The position numbers were made by a program, and so were the translations under genes. Positions 41,041-50,444 of a stretch of DNA of 64,000 bases are shown piece by piece (position 1 is the first letter of the stretch; each line of letters begins with the position of its first letter). Under the pieces are notes generated by a model. It was not told the origin of the DNA. It did no database searches and was given only the letters and a program-made list of their open reading frames with translations. The DNA is from a virus. Lineage: Duplodnaviria > Caudoviricetes. The stretch lies in the IMG/VR virus record IMGVR_UViG_3300014204_000134, positions 36,453 to 100,452 of that record; one strand, 5' to 3'.

Positions 41041-41223
41041 CTATATTCCTAATTCAATTTTTGACAATCTGTAATCAAGATCAAGTAAATAATCTTCCGC
41101 TGTCGGGTCCGCTGCCACAGGTGGGTTTTGTTGGGCATCCTGCTCTAGCGTAGCTATTTCCTCTGCTGTTAATTCAACAACCTCCGTTGCTCCCGTGGAA
41201 CAATTTACAATTACCTTATCCAT
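41041..41223 (-). CDS. tail fibre assembly/chaperone-like protein
   Basis: LTAEE..., DYLLDLDYRLSKIELG pattern typical of proteins after fibres. Confidence 0.6.
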   Translation of the reverse strand: MDKVIVNCSTGATEVVELTAEEIATLEQDAQQNPPVAADPTAEDYLLDLDYRLSKIELGI

Positions 41224-42479
41224 TACAGCCTCGCCCCCAGTAATACAAATTCGCAGCCAGTTGCAAGATAATTTGCATCAGGATATAGTCTTATACTTGT
41301 AATTTTGTCAGTAGTATTGTTCCATCGACCGTTTAAGGTCCAGGGGGAAATAGAGCCAGCAGTCCATTGACCATTACAAAGCTTTCTTTTTGTAGCTGAT
41401 ACATTTGATATTAACAAATCTAATTGGGAACCTCTTCCTGTTGATGCTAATAAGGAACTGGCTCCAAACGATATATATGCTGCATCCACTCCGGCACTAC
41501 TGACGTAATAATCGTAGTTAGCACCTGTGTCACTATTAAACCTCATTCTAAGTTCATGTGCAGACGTATCTAACGAAAGAAGATTTATTCCTATAATCCA
41601 AAACAAGTCGTAATCCGTTGATATGTCGGTAAAATCAACATATGTTGCAGTAGAAGCTAACACTGTGTAAACTATTTTTTCCCATAAACTTGCCACTCCC
41701 CATACAGGGAGTCCACCTGATAGAACTAAAACCTGTCCATCCGTTCCCTTTGCTAACCTCGCAGGAGTACCAGCCGCCGAAGCGTAAATAATATCCCCTG
41801 CGGCAGTTAAAAGAGATTTAAGAATAGGATTTGGGGGGATGAGTTGGAAATTGGTACCATCATAAATTACGGTTACAATCTGATTTGCCAGTATATCTCC
41901 TGTTTCTAAATCATTACTCACATTCTTTTTAATTGTTTTTGCGCCCTTGCCATTTACGTTAAGCGTAGCAGCCCCAGTGTTTGCTGTGTTGGCCTTGAAA
42001 TTAAACGTCTGCCCTGCCGCATAAGCCGATATGGCAGGACTAGGGGTAATAACGTAGTCATCAGAAGCTTCACTGTCAGCAAAATAATGATGCGCATAAT
42101 CAGCTTCATGCGCCAAAACTTCTGTTTCAATTGCTACTACCGCATCTTGTAAATTATTTATATCTGAACATTCATTTTGATCGCCAGTACTTTTATAAAT
42201 CATAAATGCAGTAGCACCATTATTACCTGAAAATGTTAGATATCCTCTCCATAAATTAGTGTCAGTATGATAAGTTGCAGAACCTGTATAATCAGTTCCA
42301 GTTCCATCTGAACTAGAATTAACCGTCCATCCTGGATTAATTATATTATCATGACTAAATGGAAAATGTGTTCCATCTGTTAATATTGTTATTTGAGAAT
42401 CAACACAATCTATACCTGCATCATTTTTATCGATCTTCGTTAAAAATGAATCTACTGATGTAGGGAAGCTACTTGCCAT
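41223..42479 (-). CDS. tail fibre protein
   Basis: SFPTSVDSF N-terminus, INNLQDAVVAIET, ANTGAATLNVNG.GAK.I, GDIIYA..AGTPARLA.GT.GQVL motifs. Confidence 0.75.
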   Translation of the reverse strand: MASSFPTSVDSFLTKIDKNDAGIDCVDSQITILTDGTHFPFSHDNIINPGWTVNSSSDGTGTDYTGSATYHTDTNLWRGYLTFSGNNGATAFMIYKSTGDQNECSDINNLQDAVVAIETEVLAHEADYAHHYFADSEASDDYVITPSPAISAYAAGQTFNFKANTANTGAATLNVNGKGAKTIKKNVSNDLETGDILANQIVTVIYDGTNFQLIPPNPILKSLLTAAGDIIYASAAGTPARLAKGTDGQVLVLSGGLPVWGVASLWEKIVYTVLASTATYVDFTDISTDYDLFWIIGINLLSLDTSAHELRMRFNSDTGANYDYYVSSAGVDAAYISFGASSLLASTGRGSQLDLLISNVSATKRKLCNGQWTAGSISPWTLNGRWNNTTDKITSIRLYPDANYLATGCEFVLLGARL

Positions 42480-42491
42480 TTATCCACCACC

Positions 42492-42887
42492 TTAACTCCA
42501 CCTGAAATTTCCATTAAATTTTAATGAACATAAACTTTTTTCTTTCCACTCTATTGTATAAGCATCAAATTCAATATTCGTAAGTGTCCTTGTATATTGT
42601 GCAACTTCATCTTCATCAAAAAAATTAAGAATTATTTGTAAATCACTATCTTCAAACCAATCTAATACTTTATTATTTGTTGTATCTACTAACATACTGT
42701 CAATGTTAATCGTACCTTTTTTATCTGTAATTATTGAACTTACATTCTGCCTCCAAATACGTTTTTCTTTTCTTGTAAGATTAAAATTAGCTGTTCCACT
42801 ACAATAAGATGGTTCATAATATTGAGTATCGGTAGAAGATTTAACTAATAAAACTTGAACGTTATCCCCTATTAGAAGTTCACTCAA
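42492..42887 (-). CDS. putative tail/baseplate protein
   Basis: Tube-like beta protein in fibre cluster; synteny only. Confidence 0.45.
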   Translation of the reverse strand: MSELLIGDNVQVLLVKSSTDTQYYEPSYCSGTANFNLTRKEKRIWRQNVSSIITDKKGTINIDSMLVDTTNNKVLDWFEDSDLQIILNFFDEDEVAQYTRTLTNIEFDAYTIEWKEKSLCSLKFNGNFRWS

Positions 42888-43617
42888 TCAAATATCCAAC
42901 TCCCTTTAAAGATTCAGTAACTAATGAATTTTCATTACCAGAAACAGAATATTCATTTAATTCAACTTCGCAAAATATATATTCAAATGCTTCGTGATTT
43001 TCTTCGTCATAACCATTTACAATAATATGCCAAGTTGTGTCTATATCTACCAAATCATCTAAACTTTCATTTATCATGTTATTATTTATTGAAATATTAT
43101 TTTTACCTTTAATTATTCTTACTTCTTTATTTTCACTATTATAATATTTTTTAGGCAACTCTATTATAGTATCATTATTTTGTATTTCAACACTAGTACT
43201 ACTATATATTTTATAAGGAGTATTATTAAAATAATTATATTTTACTTCATAACTTGCACTTTTAGTTATTGCACCAACTTGTAATTGACAACTAAAATAA
43301 TTATTCTCTTTTATAATAGGATATCTATTAATAAATAAATAATTTCCATTTAAAGTACAAATTCTATTTTCTGAATCAATTATAATAATATCACCAATAT
43401 TTAAATTACCTGATATGGCAATATTATAAGTAGTATCATTATTCATTACTACTAAATTAGGGTTAATACAAGATTCTCCTAAAGTAATAGTCAAATATAT
43501 TGATGTATCACAATTATTAAAATTGTATATTTCAACAAAATCAGTAAAATTTTCTGTTTTAGTTTCTTCTTGAAAGAAAAAAACACTACATCCTTCAGAA
43601 ATAAATGGTTCATTCAT
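42880..43617 (-). CDS. putative tail/baseplate protein (paralog of 43617-44381)
   Basis: C.NP...N....GD.IIIDSENR shared with neighbour; siphovirus-tail C-terminal-like motif. Confidence 0.55.
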   Translation of the reverse strand: MNEPFISEGCSVFFFQEETKTENFTDFVEIYNFNNCDTSIYLTITLGESCINPNLVVMNNDTTYNIAISGNLNIGDIIIIDSENRICTLNGNYLFINRYPIIKENNYFSCQLQVGAITKSASYEVKYNYFNNTPYKIYSSTSVEIQNNDTIIELPKKYYNSENKEVRIIKGKNNISINNNMINESLDDLVDIDTTWHIIVNGYDEENHEAFEYIFCEVELNEYSVSGNENSLVTESLKGVGYLIE

Positions 43618-44381
43618 TAACTTGATCCACTCCAGACTAAACTTCCAATTGCATCAAATTTTTCAGTAATTAATCCTGAATCACTTTTTGACCAATTATA
43701 ACCATTAAATTTAACATTACCAAAAATATAACTAACAATATTATCACTAAATACTTCAGTATTATCTCCAATTAATTCCATATGATAAGTATAACTATCA
43801 TTTACATAACTCTTCATATTATCATTAACAAAATTCCTATCTAATGATAATTTATTTTCTAAATTTGTTTTCTTTGATTTTTGTTTAAGGTTGTAATACT
43901 TATTAGGTAAATCAACAGTATTATAATTTTTTTGATAACTTACATTTGATTTATAATGAATTAATTTTGAGTTAGTACTATAACCAACATATGATAATGT
44001 AATTGGAAAATTATATAATTCATCACATATAAATTGAAAAGAAAAACTAGTATTTGATTTAATAGAAGGATAAGAATTAAATATAGACAACACTGAAACA
44101 TCGTTCTTTGTTATTAATCTATTATCTGAATCTATCACTACAACATCATTTTGAGATAAAGTAGTAAAAGGAAAGATAATATTAGATCCACTATTAATTT
44201 TTATTATTGGATTTGTACAATTAGATGTAATTGATATAGAAATAGAAGGGAGGGAACCTATATTATTTGTATTAGTCAATATAACTGTTCCGTTTTGGGT
44301 TAAAGTTTTTATCTCTTCTTGATAAATATTAATATCAAATTCTTCAGTAATAAAAGCGTTTAAGTCATTAATATAGTTCAC
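43617..44381 (-). CDS. putative tail/baseplate protein
   Basis: N.G..P.I.I...CTNP.I......D.VVIDSDNR motif. Confidence 0.55.
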   Translation of the reverse strand: MNYINDLNAFITEEFDINIYQEEIKTLTQNGTVILTNTNNIGSLPSISISITSNCTNPIIKINSGSNIIFPFTTLSQNDVVVIDSDNRLITKNDVSVLSIFNSYPSIKSNTSFSFQFICDELYNFPITLSYVGYSTNSKLIHYKSNVSYQKNYNTVDLPNKYYNLKQKSKKTNLENKLSLDRNFVNDNMKSYVNDSYTYHMELIGDNTEVFSDNIVSYIFGNVKFNGYNWSKSDSGLITEKFDAIGSLVWSGSS

Positions 44382-44876
44382 CTACCTTCGTCTAATATTT
44401 TCATAAATATAAAAAATTAGTTTACCAAACTTATGTAAAGTTGCCCTAATTGATTTAGAAAGTGTAGAATTTATTGTAAATGTTTTAGTTGCTAAAAATG
44501 CTAATAATTTTGATAATTTATAATTTATATTAAAATATTTTGTTATAATAAAAGTAGCAAATTTGGTTGTTAAAATATTAACATTAAATATTTTATTTAT
44601 TGAAATATCTAAATTTTTAGTAAATATTGAATTAATTATAAAATTATTAATTATTGATAAATTTATCGTTTTGGATAGATTTGTTAATATATTAAAATTT
44701 GCTATAAATAATTCAACAAAATTAGCAATTATAATTAAAGTAAATATAATTGAAAAACTTTTAATTGTACTAATAAATTTATTATGAGATAAAGAAGAAG
44801 ATATATTAAAATTTAATGTTAAAGAATAACCAGATTCACCATATCTTAAAGCACTATATTTATTTTCACCATACAA
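44382..44876 (-). CDS. hypothetical virion protein with FxIxxxLSK repeats
   Basis: YG..KYS..RYG N-terminus; repeated F.I...L.K units. Confidence 0.45.
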   Translation of the reverse strand: MYGENKYSALRYGESGYSLTLNFNISSSLSHNKFISTIKSFSIIFTLIIIANFVELFIANFNILTNLSKTINLSIINNFIINSIFTKNLDISINKIFNVNILTTKFATFIITKYFNINYKLSKLLAFLATKTFTINSTLSKSIRATLHKFGKLIFYIYENIRRR

Positions 44877-44917
44877 AATTAAGACACCACCTTAAAGTTG
44901 TGGTTAATTATATTATA

Positions 44918-45313
44918 TTAAGTAGTTGTACTAACAGTTACTTTTGCTGTAATTTGAAAAGAATCACCATTTTGACAAACATAAGCAGAAAATATACTTC
45001 TACCTAACATTGTTCCTGCACTTGGAGAATTAAAAATTCCTATTTCAGATACATTGCGCGTAGTTGTAAAAGTCCACGTTTTTTGAAGCTGTAATATATG
45101 TCCACTTTCTAATGTTGGTGTTACTTGAGCACGATCTGCGTCTGTACCATCAGTAAACTCTGCTCCTAATGCAGTATTAGTAGCAGCAAGCGGTAAGACT
45201 GATCCAGTATCACTTCCAATTGCAATATAATTAAAAGGATCAGGAACTACTACTATACCTCCAATTATTTTTACAACAGCATCTAAACCATCATTAGTAA
45301 TTTGCTCTGCCAC
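44918..45313 (-). CDS. tail-fibre attachment-like protein
   Basis: IT..G....YIAIG....T.LG.E....EIGIF...G.M..R..F pattern. Confidence 0.6.
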   Translation of the reverse strand: MAEQITNDGLDAVVKIIGGIVVVPDPFNYIAIGSDTGSVLPLAATNTALGAEFTDGTDADRAQVTPTLESGHILQLQKTWTFTTTRNVSEIGIFNSPSAGTMLGRSIFSAYVCQNGDSFQITAKVTVSTTT

Positions 45314-45328
45314 AAAATCACTCCTTTA

Positions 45329-45505
45329 TTAAACAAATAAATTATATAAAAATAATAATATATAATTATGATAATATACTTTATAATCTTTTATTAATTT
45401 AAATTCTATTCCGTTTTTTAATACAAACTTGTGTTTTATATTACCGTTTATATCTGTTACAATATTTTCATACTCAATCAAAGGTTTAATACTTGGAAAA
45501 CTCAT
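45329..45505 (-). CDS. small hypothetical protein (58 aa)
   Basis: RBS GAGGGG, ATG 45505; not in ORF track. Confidence 0.5.
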   Translation of the reverse strand: MSFPSIKPLIEYENIVTDINGNIKHKFVLKNGIEFKLIKDYKVYYHNYILLFLYNLFV

Positions 45506-45517
45506 AAAAACCCCTCT

Positions 45518-45895
45518 CTAAGTTAATACATATGATAATTTAAAAATTACAGTTCTTGGATTTAAATCATCAGTAGCAAGGTCAGAAATATTTTGTTTAA
45601 CATAAAAATATTTAATTTCTTCGGGATCAAAATCACCAAGATCAATTATATTTGAATAAATAATATTATCTAATGAATAAGTTATGAATTGCTCACTATC
45701 AGTTTCTTTTTGAAGTAAACAATTATAAACTAAATTGTCTGATTCAGTACCAATATTTTTGATAAATAACTTAACTGTTTTTGTATCTCCTGGTTTACAA
45801 AATGGTAAATTATAATAAAAATAATTATTTATAGTTTGTAATGCTTGTTCTAGTAGACAGTCTTCGTTGGTATAAATGTTTAGTCCAATAGAAAT
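45518..45895 (-). CDS. hypothetical virion protein (125 aa), ATT start
   Basis: Stop-free frame behind AGAGGTG: SIGLNIYTNEDC...PGDTKTVKLFIKNIG...LGDFDPEEIKYFYVKQ; absent from track. Confidence 0.65.
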   Translation of the reverse strand: MSIGLNIYTNEDCLLEQALQTINNYFYYNLPFCKPGDTKTVKLFIKNIGTESDNLVYNCLLQKETDSEQFITYSLDNIIYSNIIDLGDFDPEEIKYFYVKQNISDLATDDLNPRTVIFKLSYVLT

Positions 45896-46028
45896 AAAAT
45901 CACCTCTAGGAGTTCAAATATTAAAATTTTGAGTTAGCAAATCAAAGAAAATGGGAGATAATGAACGTATGAAGAAGGTAAAATGGCAATAAAAGAAATC
46001 TTTTGTGATACATAAGAAATAAAATAAA

Positions 46029-46060
46029 AAGAGGGAATAGAATGATAATCTAGTCCCTCT
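46029..46060 (-). terminator. terminator after major tail gene
   Basis: AAGAGGGA...TCCCTCTT followed by T-tract. Confidence 0.6.
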
Positions 46061-46089
46061 TATGTTATATTTACTTTAATATTTTAATT

Positions 46090-46944
46090 TTATACAGTTG
46101 TGTAAGTAATTGTCTTATTTGCCGAATAAAATGTTCCACCATTACTTGTAACTACCTTACCTCTTAATACTATAGATCCTGGTGTAGTTGAAGAAGCAGT
46201 AATTTTTACAATATTACTATCTGTACCAGCAGACTGAGTAAACGTAACACCAGAAGTAGATTCAACTGTAATAGATGTAATTTCATTCATTAAAGACAAT
46301 GCTGTAATATCAGTTAAAGTAATAGCATCTCCATAAATATCATTTGCTGTAATAGTTAGATTTGCCGTACTACCTGACACCAAACCAGTTGCACCACTAA
46401 TAGTGGGTGAAACAGGAGTAACGCCCTTTTGAAGAATTTTTTTGGAAGTTACTGTGTAGCTTCCAGTACCTTCTAATTTATACAAAGATTCGGCGTCTCC
46501 CTTTGTTTCGGATATGTTATTAATCTTCCCGCGATAAAGCCTCATCTCATAATAAATAGCTGAACCATCTGCTGCCGTAGGAGCACGGTCATCAGTAATA
46601 CATTCTGCAAACCACAAATCATCACCCTTGTAAGGATAGATTGAGTTAAGCAAACCCCTTTGAACCTGAGTAATTTTAAGTTCGCTAGAAGTTTTACCTT
46701 CTTTTTGTTCAGTTAAGTCCTTGTTGTCATAAACGTCCACAAGGTTAGTAGTATCAGATGCTTCGAACGATTCTAAACCATCAACAAAAACCCAAGTACT
46801 CCCTGTACCAACTGGATCATATTGACTGATAGTGCCATAAGGCATAATATATAAATCCCTCTCTGATCCAATAATTGCAGATGCATAGTTACGATCACCA
46901 ATAATCGTTTCTGAGAAAGTATCAACCGAAGGGATAAAAGCCAT
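46090..46944 (-). CDS. major tail (tube) protein with C-terminal Ig-like domain
   Basis: Strong RBS AAGGAGG, terminator after, tube-like N-terminus, Thr/Ser-rich C-terminal domain, synteny. Confidence 0.65.
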   Translation of the reverse strand: MAFIPSVDTFSETIIGDRNYASAIIGSERDLYIMPYGTISQYDPVGTGSTWVFVDGLESFEASDTTNLVDVYDNKDLTEQKEGKTSSELKITQVQRGLLNSIYPYKGDDLWFAECITDDRAPTAADGSAIYYEMRLYRGKINNISETKGDAESLYKLEGTGSYTVTSKKILQKGVTPVSPTISGATGLVSGSTANLTITANDIYGDAITLTDITALSLMNEITSITVESTSGVTFTQSAGTDSNIVKITASSTTPGSIVLRGKVVTSNGGTFYSANKTITYTTV

Positions 46945-46963
46945 AAATAAATTCCTCCTTTAA

Positions 46964-48322
46964 TTAATTTAATATAATATTTAGTTTTTCTTTTACACCT
47001 TGTAAATTATTTTTTAAATCTTCAGGATATAATGCGATAAATTTCATATTGTTTTTATTGCAATAATTATTATAAAATTCAATTTTGCGATATGTTTTAT
47101 TTACATATTCAACTAATATATTTTCATTTCGATTTTCGTGAAACCATCCAAAATACTCTAATATAAAATTATTATTTAATATCCAATCTGGAATATAATT
47201 TTCTCCAGTTTCGTTATTATATATTTTATACTTTCTACTGGTTCCATAATAATTTACTTCAACATCATAATTGTCTAACATACAATGATGTATCATTACT
47301 TCTTCTTTTGAATCCATTTTTAAACCATCTCTACTTAATGGTATCTTAAAATCTAATGGATTAAAAATATTTGGATATACTTCATTTATCCATAAATAAA
47401 TATTAGAATTATAGAATTTATCTAAAACTAATGAAAATTTATGAAAACATTCTTTAATATAAGTATATGATAGAGTAGATGGGACTTTAGATAAATCCAA
47501 TTTTAGTATATCTTCTATTAACCATTTCATTGCGCTAATACGATGTTGTTTATCTTTCCAATAATTAGTAGGAATAACATTCATTTCATATTCCCTTATA
47601 TTTAATTCTGGAAAAGCAGTAGATATTGCTTTATATACCGAACAATTAAAATGTGTAATAGCGGCACCAAGATTGTTGTCATTAAAATCTTTAGTTTGTA
47701 ATTTAAGCAAATCTTCTCTTTTAGTTATATTTAATCTGTCACAAATTAACCACCGAATCGCCTCAATTAATTTACTTTTATCTTCCCAATAGTTTCTTTG
47801 AACTACATTCATTTGAAATGGTTTCCATCTATTAGGAAATACATAATTCAAATAATCATACAATATTCCATTAAATTTACCATTTACTAAACTACTCAAC
47901 CTATATTTATATATTAATTTATGAGTAAGTTTTTTGGGAATATCATCTATATTATGGATTATATTATTTTTTATTAATCTATTAATTAACCAATCTGTAG
48001 CAATTAATATATTTTCATCATTCCAAAAAGAAATATTAACATCCCAAAAATACCAATCATATATTTTAAATTCAGGAAACCACTCTTTAAATTTTTCGTA
48101 AATATTAAAATATTGAGATATTCTTATTAAATTATATTCTTTTAAAATACTTCTTAATTTTAATCCAAGTAAATCTGCTTCTGATAATTTAAGTTTTTCT
48201 AAGAATAAATACCTTATTAATATTTTTGCATTATCTTCATTTTGAAATGTTCCATCTGGAAATTTCTTTCTTGCTCCAGATAATACTTCCTCATAAATAT
48301 TTATTAAACATTTTTCCAACAA
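46964..48322 (-). CDS. DUF4046-like repeat protein with C-terminal PD-(D/E)XK nuclease domain
   Basis: IYEEVL.G..KKFP.G, repeated P.NYW......A..WLI units; DS.EE...YIPDW...LEYFG...K C-terminus. Confidence 0.65.
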   Translation of the reverse strand: MLEKCLINIYEEVLSGARKKFPDGTFQNEDNAKILIRYLFLEKLKLSEADLLGLKLRSILKEYNLIRISQYFNIYEKFKEWFPEFKIYDWYFWDVNISFWNDENILIATDWLINRLIKNNIIHNIDDIPKKLTHKLIYKYRLSSLVNGKFNGILYDYLNYVFPNRWKPFQMNVVQRNYWEDKSKLIEAIRWLICDRLNITKREDLLKLQTKDFNDNNLGAAITHFNCSVYKAISTAFPELNIREYEMNVIPTNYWKDKQHRISAMKWLIEDILKLDLSKVPSTLSYTYIKECFHKFSLVLDKFYNSNIYLWINEVYPNIFNPLDFKIPLSRDGLKMDSKEEVMIHHCMLDNYDVEVNYYGTSRKYKIYNNETGENYIPDWILNNNFILEYFGWFHENRNENILVEYVNKTYRKIEFYNNYCNKNNMKFIALYPEDLKNNLQGVKEKLNIILN

Positions 48323-48463
48323 TCCACCCTCTTAATTTATATTCCCTCTTATAAAATAAAAAATAGGGATAAAGGTAAGAGGGTGCAAACCTTATCGTCA
48401 AGGATCGCGTTTCCCTGACTATCCCTATCAACATATTATATCATATTTTATTCAATTTGTCAA
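48323..48463 (-). promoter_or_regulatory. promoter plus structured leader element E4
   Basis: TTGACA-17-(TGn)TATAAT (48463-48435) just before P1 ATAGGGATA/TATCCCTAT; loop CACCCTCTTA complementary to RBS TAAGAGGGTG. Confidence 0.7.
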
Positions 48464-48477
48464 TTATTATTTTATTT

Positions 48478-48720
48478 TCACTCCATTATCAAACCTTTAT
48501 TCAATTGCACAATCATACTATTCACCTGTGTCACTACTTTCTTCAATTCCTGATTCTTATCCATATCTTTTTTCAAAATTTCAATTAATCCATTAAATCT
48601 TTTAGAAAGTAATCCACAATATTTATCTAAAGGTATCTGCATTTCGCACACCTTATTAAATTCATCAATATACTTATAATTTACTTTTAGATTGGCACCA
48701 CCCAACTTCGCTCCATACAT
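48478..48720 (-). CDS. hypothetical protein
   Basis: RBS AAGGAG; 80 aa. Confidence 0.55.
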   Translation of the reverse strand: MYGAKLGGANLKVNYKYIDEFNKVCEMQIPLDKYCGLLSKRFNGLIEILKKDMDKNQELKKVVTQVNSMIVQLNKGLIME

Positions 48721-48732
48721 GATTCACACTCC

Positions 48733-49131
48733 TTATAATTGTGTTGCTAAAATATCATTTATTTTACTACTAACCTTTAATAAATCTTCTCTCAATGATT
48801 TTTTAGTATCACCCATGCCTGTTAACTTGTAGGCATCACTTACAATATTTGTAAGGGCACTATATTTTGTTACTTTATCTTCTTTAAGTCTTTCATACAT
48901 CCATAACCCAAGCAGATTCTTTAACTTTTCAGTTAATTCATCTGTAGTAGTAAATTGTTTTACCGTATAATCAATAGTTGCATCTTCATCAATATAAGTA
49001 ACAAAATTAGCAAATTTTGCTTGAATATATTTATCACACTTCGTTGTAGGATTTTGTTTTTCCTCTTCATCTGTACATTGTGCATAAAAATAACTATATA
49101 TGTCTTCGAAATCATAAATATAAGACATCAA
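48733..49131 (-). CDS. putative head-tail connector protein
   Basis: FEDIY..F N-terminus, helical; synteny after capsid genes. Confidence 0.5.
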   Translation of the reverse strand: MMSYIYDFEDIYSYFYAQCTDEEEKQNPTTKCDKYIQAKFANFVTYIDEDATIDYTVKQFTTTDELTEKLKNLLGLWMYERLKEDKVTKYSALTNIVSDAYKLTGMGDTKKSLREDLLKVSSKINDILATQL

Positions 49132-49174
49132 AACACCTACTTAATAGGAATAAAAGGGAAGTTTTATCTTCCCT

Positions 49175-49489
49175 TTACGACCCAACAGCAATCCAATTTG
49201 CAGTTACCGAACTAGTTGAGGTAGTTGCAGTATACAAATAAGTATAGCAATTTAATATGATATAACCTGGATCAGTACTCAATATTGCAGTACAATTAGC
49301 AGGAGCAGCACCACCAGTTGAAGGAGCAGTAGTAAGATTTGCTACAGCACTAACAACAGTATTAAGACCAGTATTTACAGCAAGAGAGTGTCCTGCACCA
49401 GTAGTTGTTACAGCAGTTGCATTTCTAGCAATTTTTTCATTACCATTTATGGATATTACTGTATTATATTTAAGTTGAAAATCACTCAA
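49175..49489 (-). CDS. putative virion decoration protein
   Basis: Ala/Thr-rich, ends ANWIAVG. Confidence 0.5.
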   Translation of the reverse strand: MSDFQLKYNTVISINGNEKIARNATAVTTTGAGHSLAVNTGLNTVVSAVANLTTAPSTGGAAPANCTAILSTDPGYIILNCYTYLYTATTSTSSVTANWIAVGS

Positions 49490-49526
49490 TTGATTTAACC
49501 TCCTTTACTACAAGGATAACAAATAT

Positions 49527-49802
49527 TTACCTATAGTCCTGTTTTTCTCCTAAGAATCTAAAACTAGCAGCAGTACTAGCTGTAGTATAATAAATCTTAT
49601 AAACAGGAAACTTCATATCATTAAGAGATTCGCCAGCTTTTAAAGTAAAATAATTACTTTCTGTAGTACCACCATCGAAATTGAAAGTGATAGTACTAGT
49701 ACTATCATTAACAAGAAGATTTGTTTTCTTAGTATCAACAGTACTATATCCTTCACTAGTAGTTGCATTTGTTGCAACAGAAACATGATATTGATAAGAC
49801 AT
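49527..49802 (-). CDS. putative virion protein
   Basis: ND....I.FNFDG....FTLKAGE motif; RBS AAGGAGG. Confidence 0.5.
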   Translation of the reverse strand: MSYQYHVSVATNATTSEGYSTVDTKKTNLLVNDSTSTITFNFDGGTTESNYFTLKAGESLNDMKFPVYKIYYTTASTAASFRFLGEKQDYR

Positions 49803-49824
49803 CTATAAAAACCTCCTTAATATT

Positions 49825-50289
49825 TTATTTTTCATTTCCACTCTTTTCTAATTCTGATAATTCATCGTCATAAACAACCATTCCAGTAACCTTTTCAATA
49901 AAATCAATTTTACTGCGTGGTAAATCATATTTTCTTGCAGCTTCAACTAACTTTTCTTTAGAATGATGTTCAGTTACTTCGGACAATCTTTCTTTAACTG
50001 CTTTACTAAGACTACCAGTAATTAGTTTTTCAAATTCTGCAATAGAAAAAGTATTAGCACTTCTGACAGCATAACCCAATTCTTGCAACAGTTCTTTTTC
50101 ACTTTGATCTATTTCGAGCAAACCCTTAGAAAAACTTTTACTAGTAGCATTTACGTGATATAACTCATTAAGAGGAACAGGTTGGTATCCATCTCTAGTA
50201 ATAGGAATTATCCTATTAGTATCTGAACAAACAAAATAATGAGTACCCTTTGTTCTATTATAAACCTTAACTTTCCTGTCATCCGACAT
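49825..50289 (-). CDS. conserved phage protein following major capsid gene
   Basis: KVKVYNR...F..GLL.I...I..IEK.TG pattern; synteny. Confidence 0.55.
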   Translation of the reverse strand: MSDDRKVKVYNRTKGTHYFVCSDTNRIIPITRDGYQPVPLNELYHVNATSKSFSKGLLEIDQSEKELLQELGYAVRSANTFSIAEFEKLITGSLSKAVKERLSEVTEHHSKEKLVEAARKYDLPRSKIDFIEKVTGMVVYDDELSELEKSGNEK

Positions 50290-50435
50290 AAATTAAATAC
50301 GACACATCCTTTATAATTTTAAATTTAATTGTTCCTTAACACATAGATATAAAAATTAAATAAAAGAAGAGTATGAATTAAAGGAAATCATACTCTCGTC
50401 AATAATTTCATGACACTTATCTATCTTTTATTTGA
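50290..50435 (-). promoter_or_regulatory. structured leader element E5 / capsid-gene terminator
   Basis: P1 AAATAAAAGA/TCTTTTATTT, GTCA..TGAC hairpin, second hairpin loop TTCCTTTAA complementary to downstream TTAAGGAA and TAAAGGA. Confidence 0.55.
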
Positions 50436-50444
50436 TAATAAATT

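Noticed and set aside
41223-42479. Diversity-generating retroelement or invertible fibre cassette
   Set aside because: No reverse transcriptase, template/variable repeat pair or inverted fibre copies seen.
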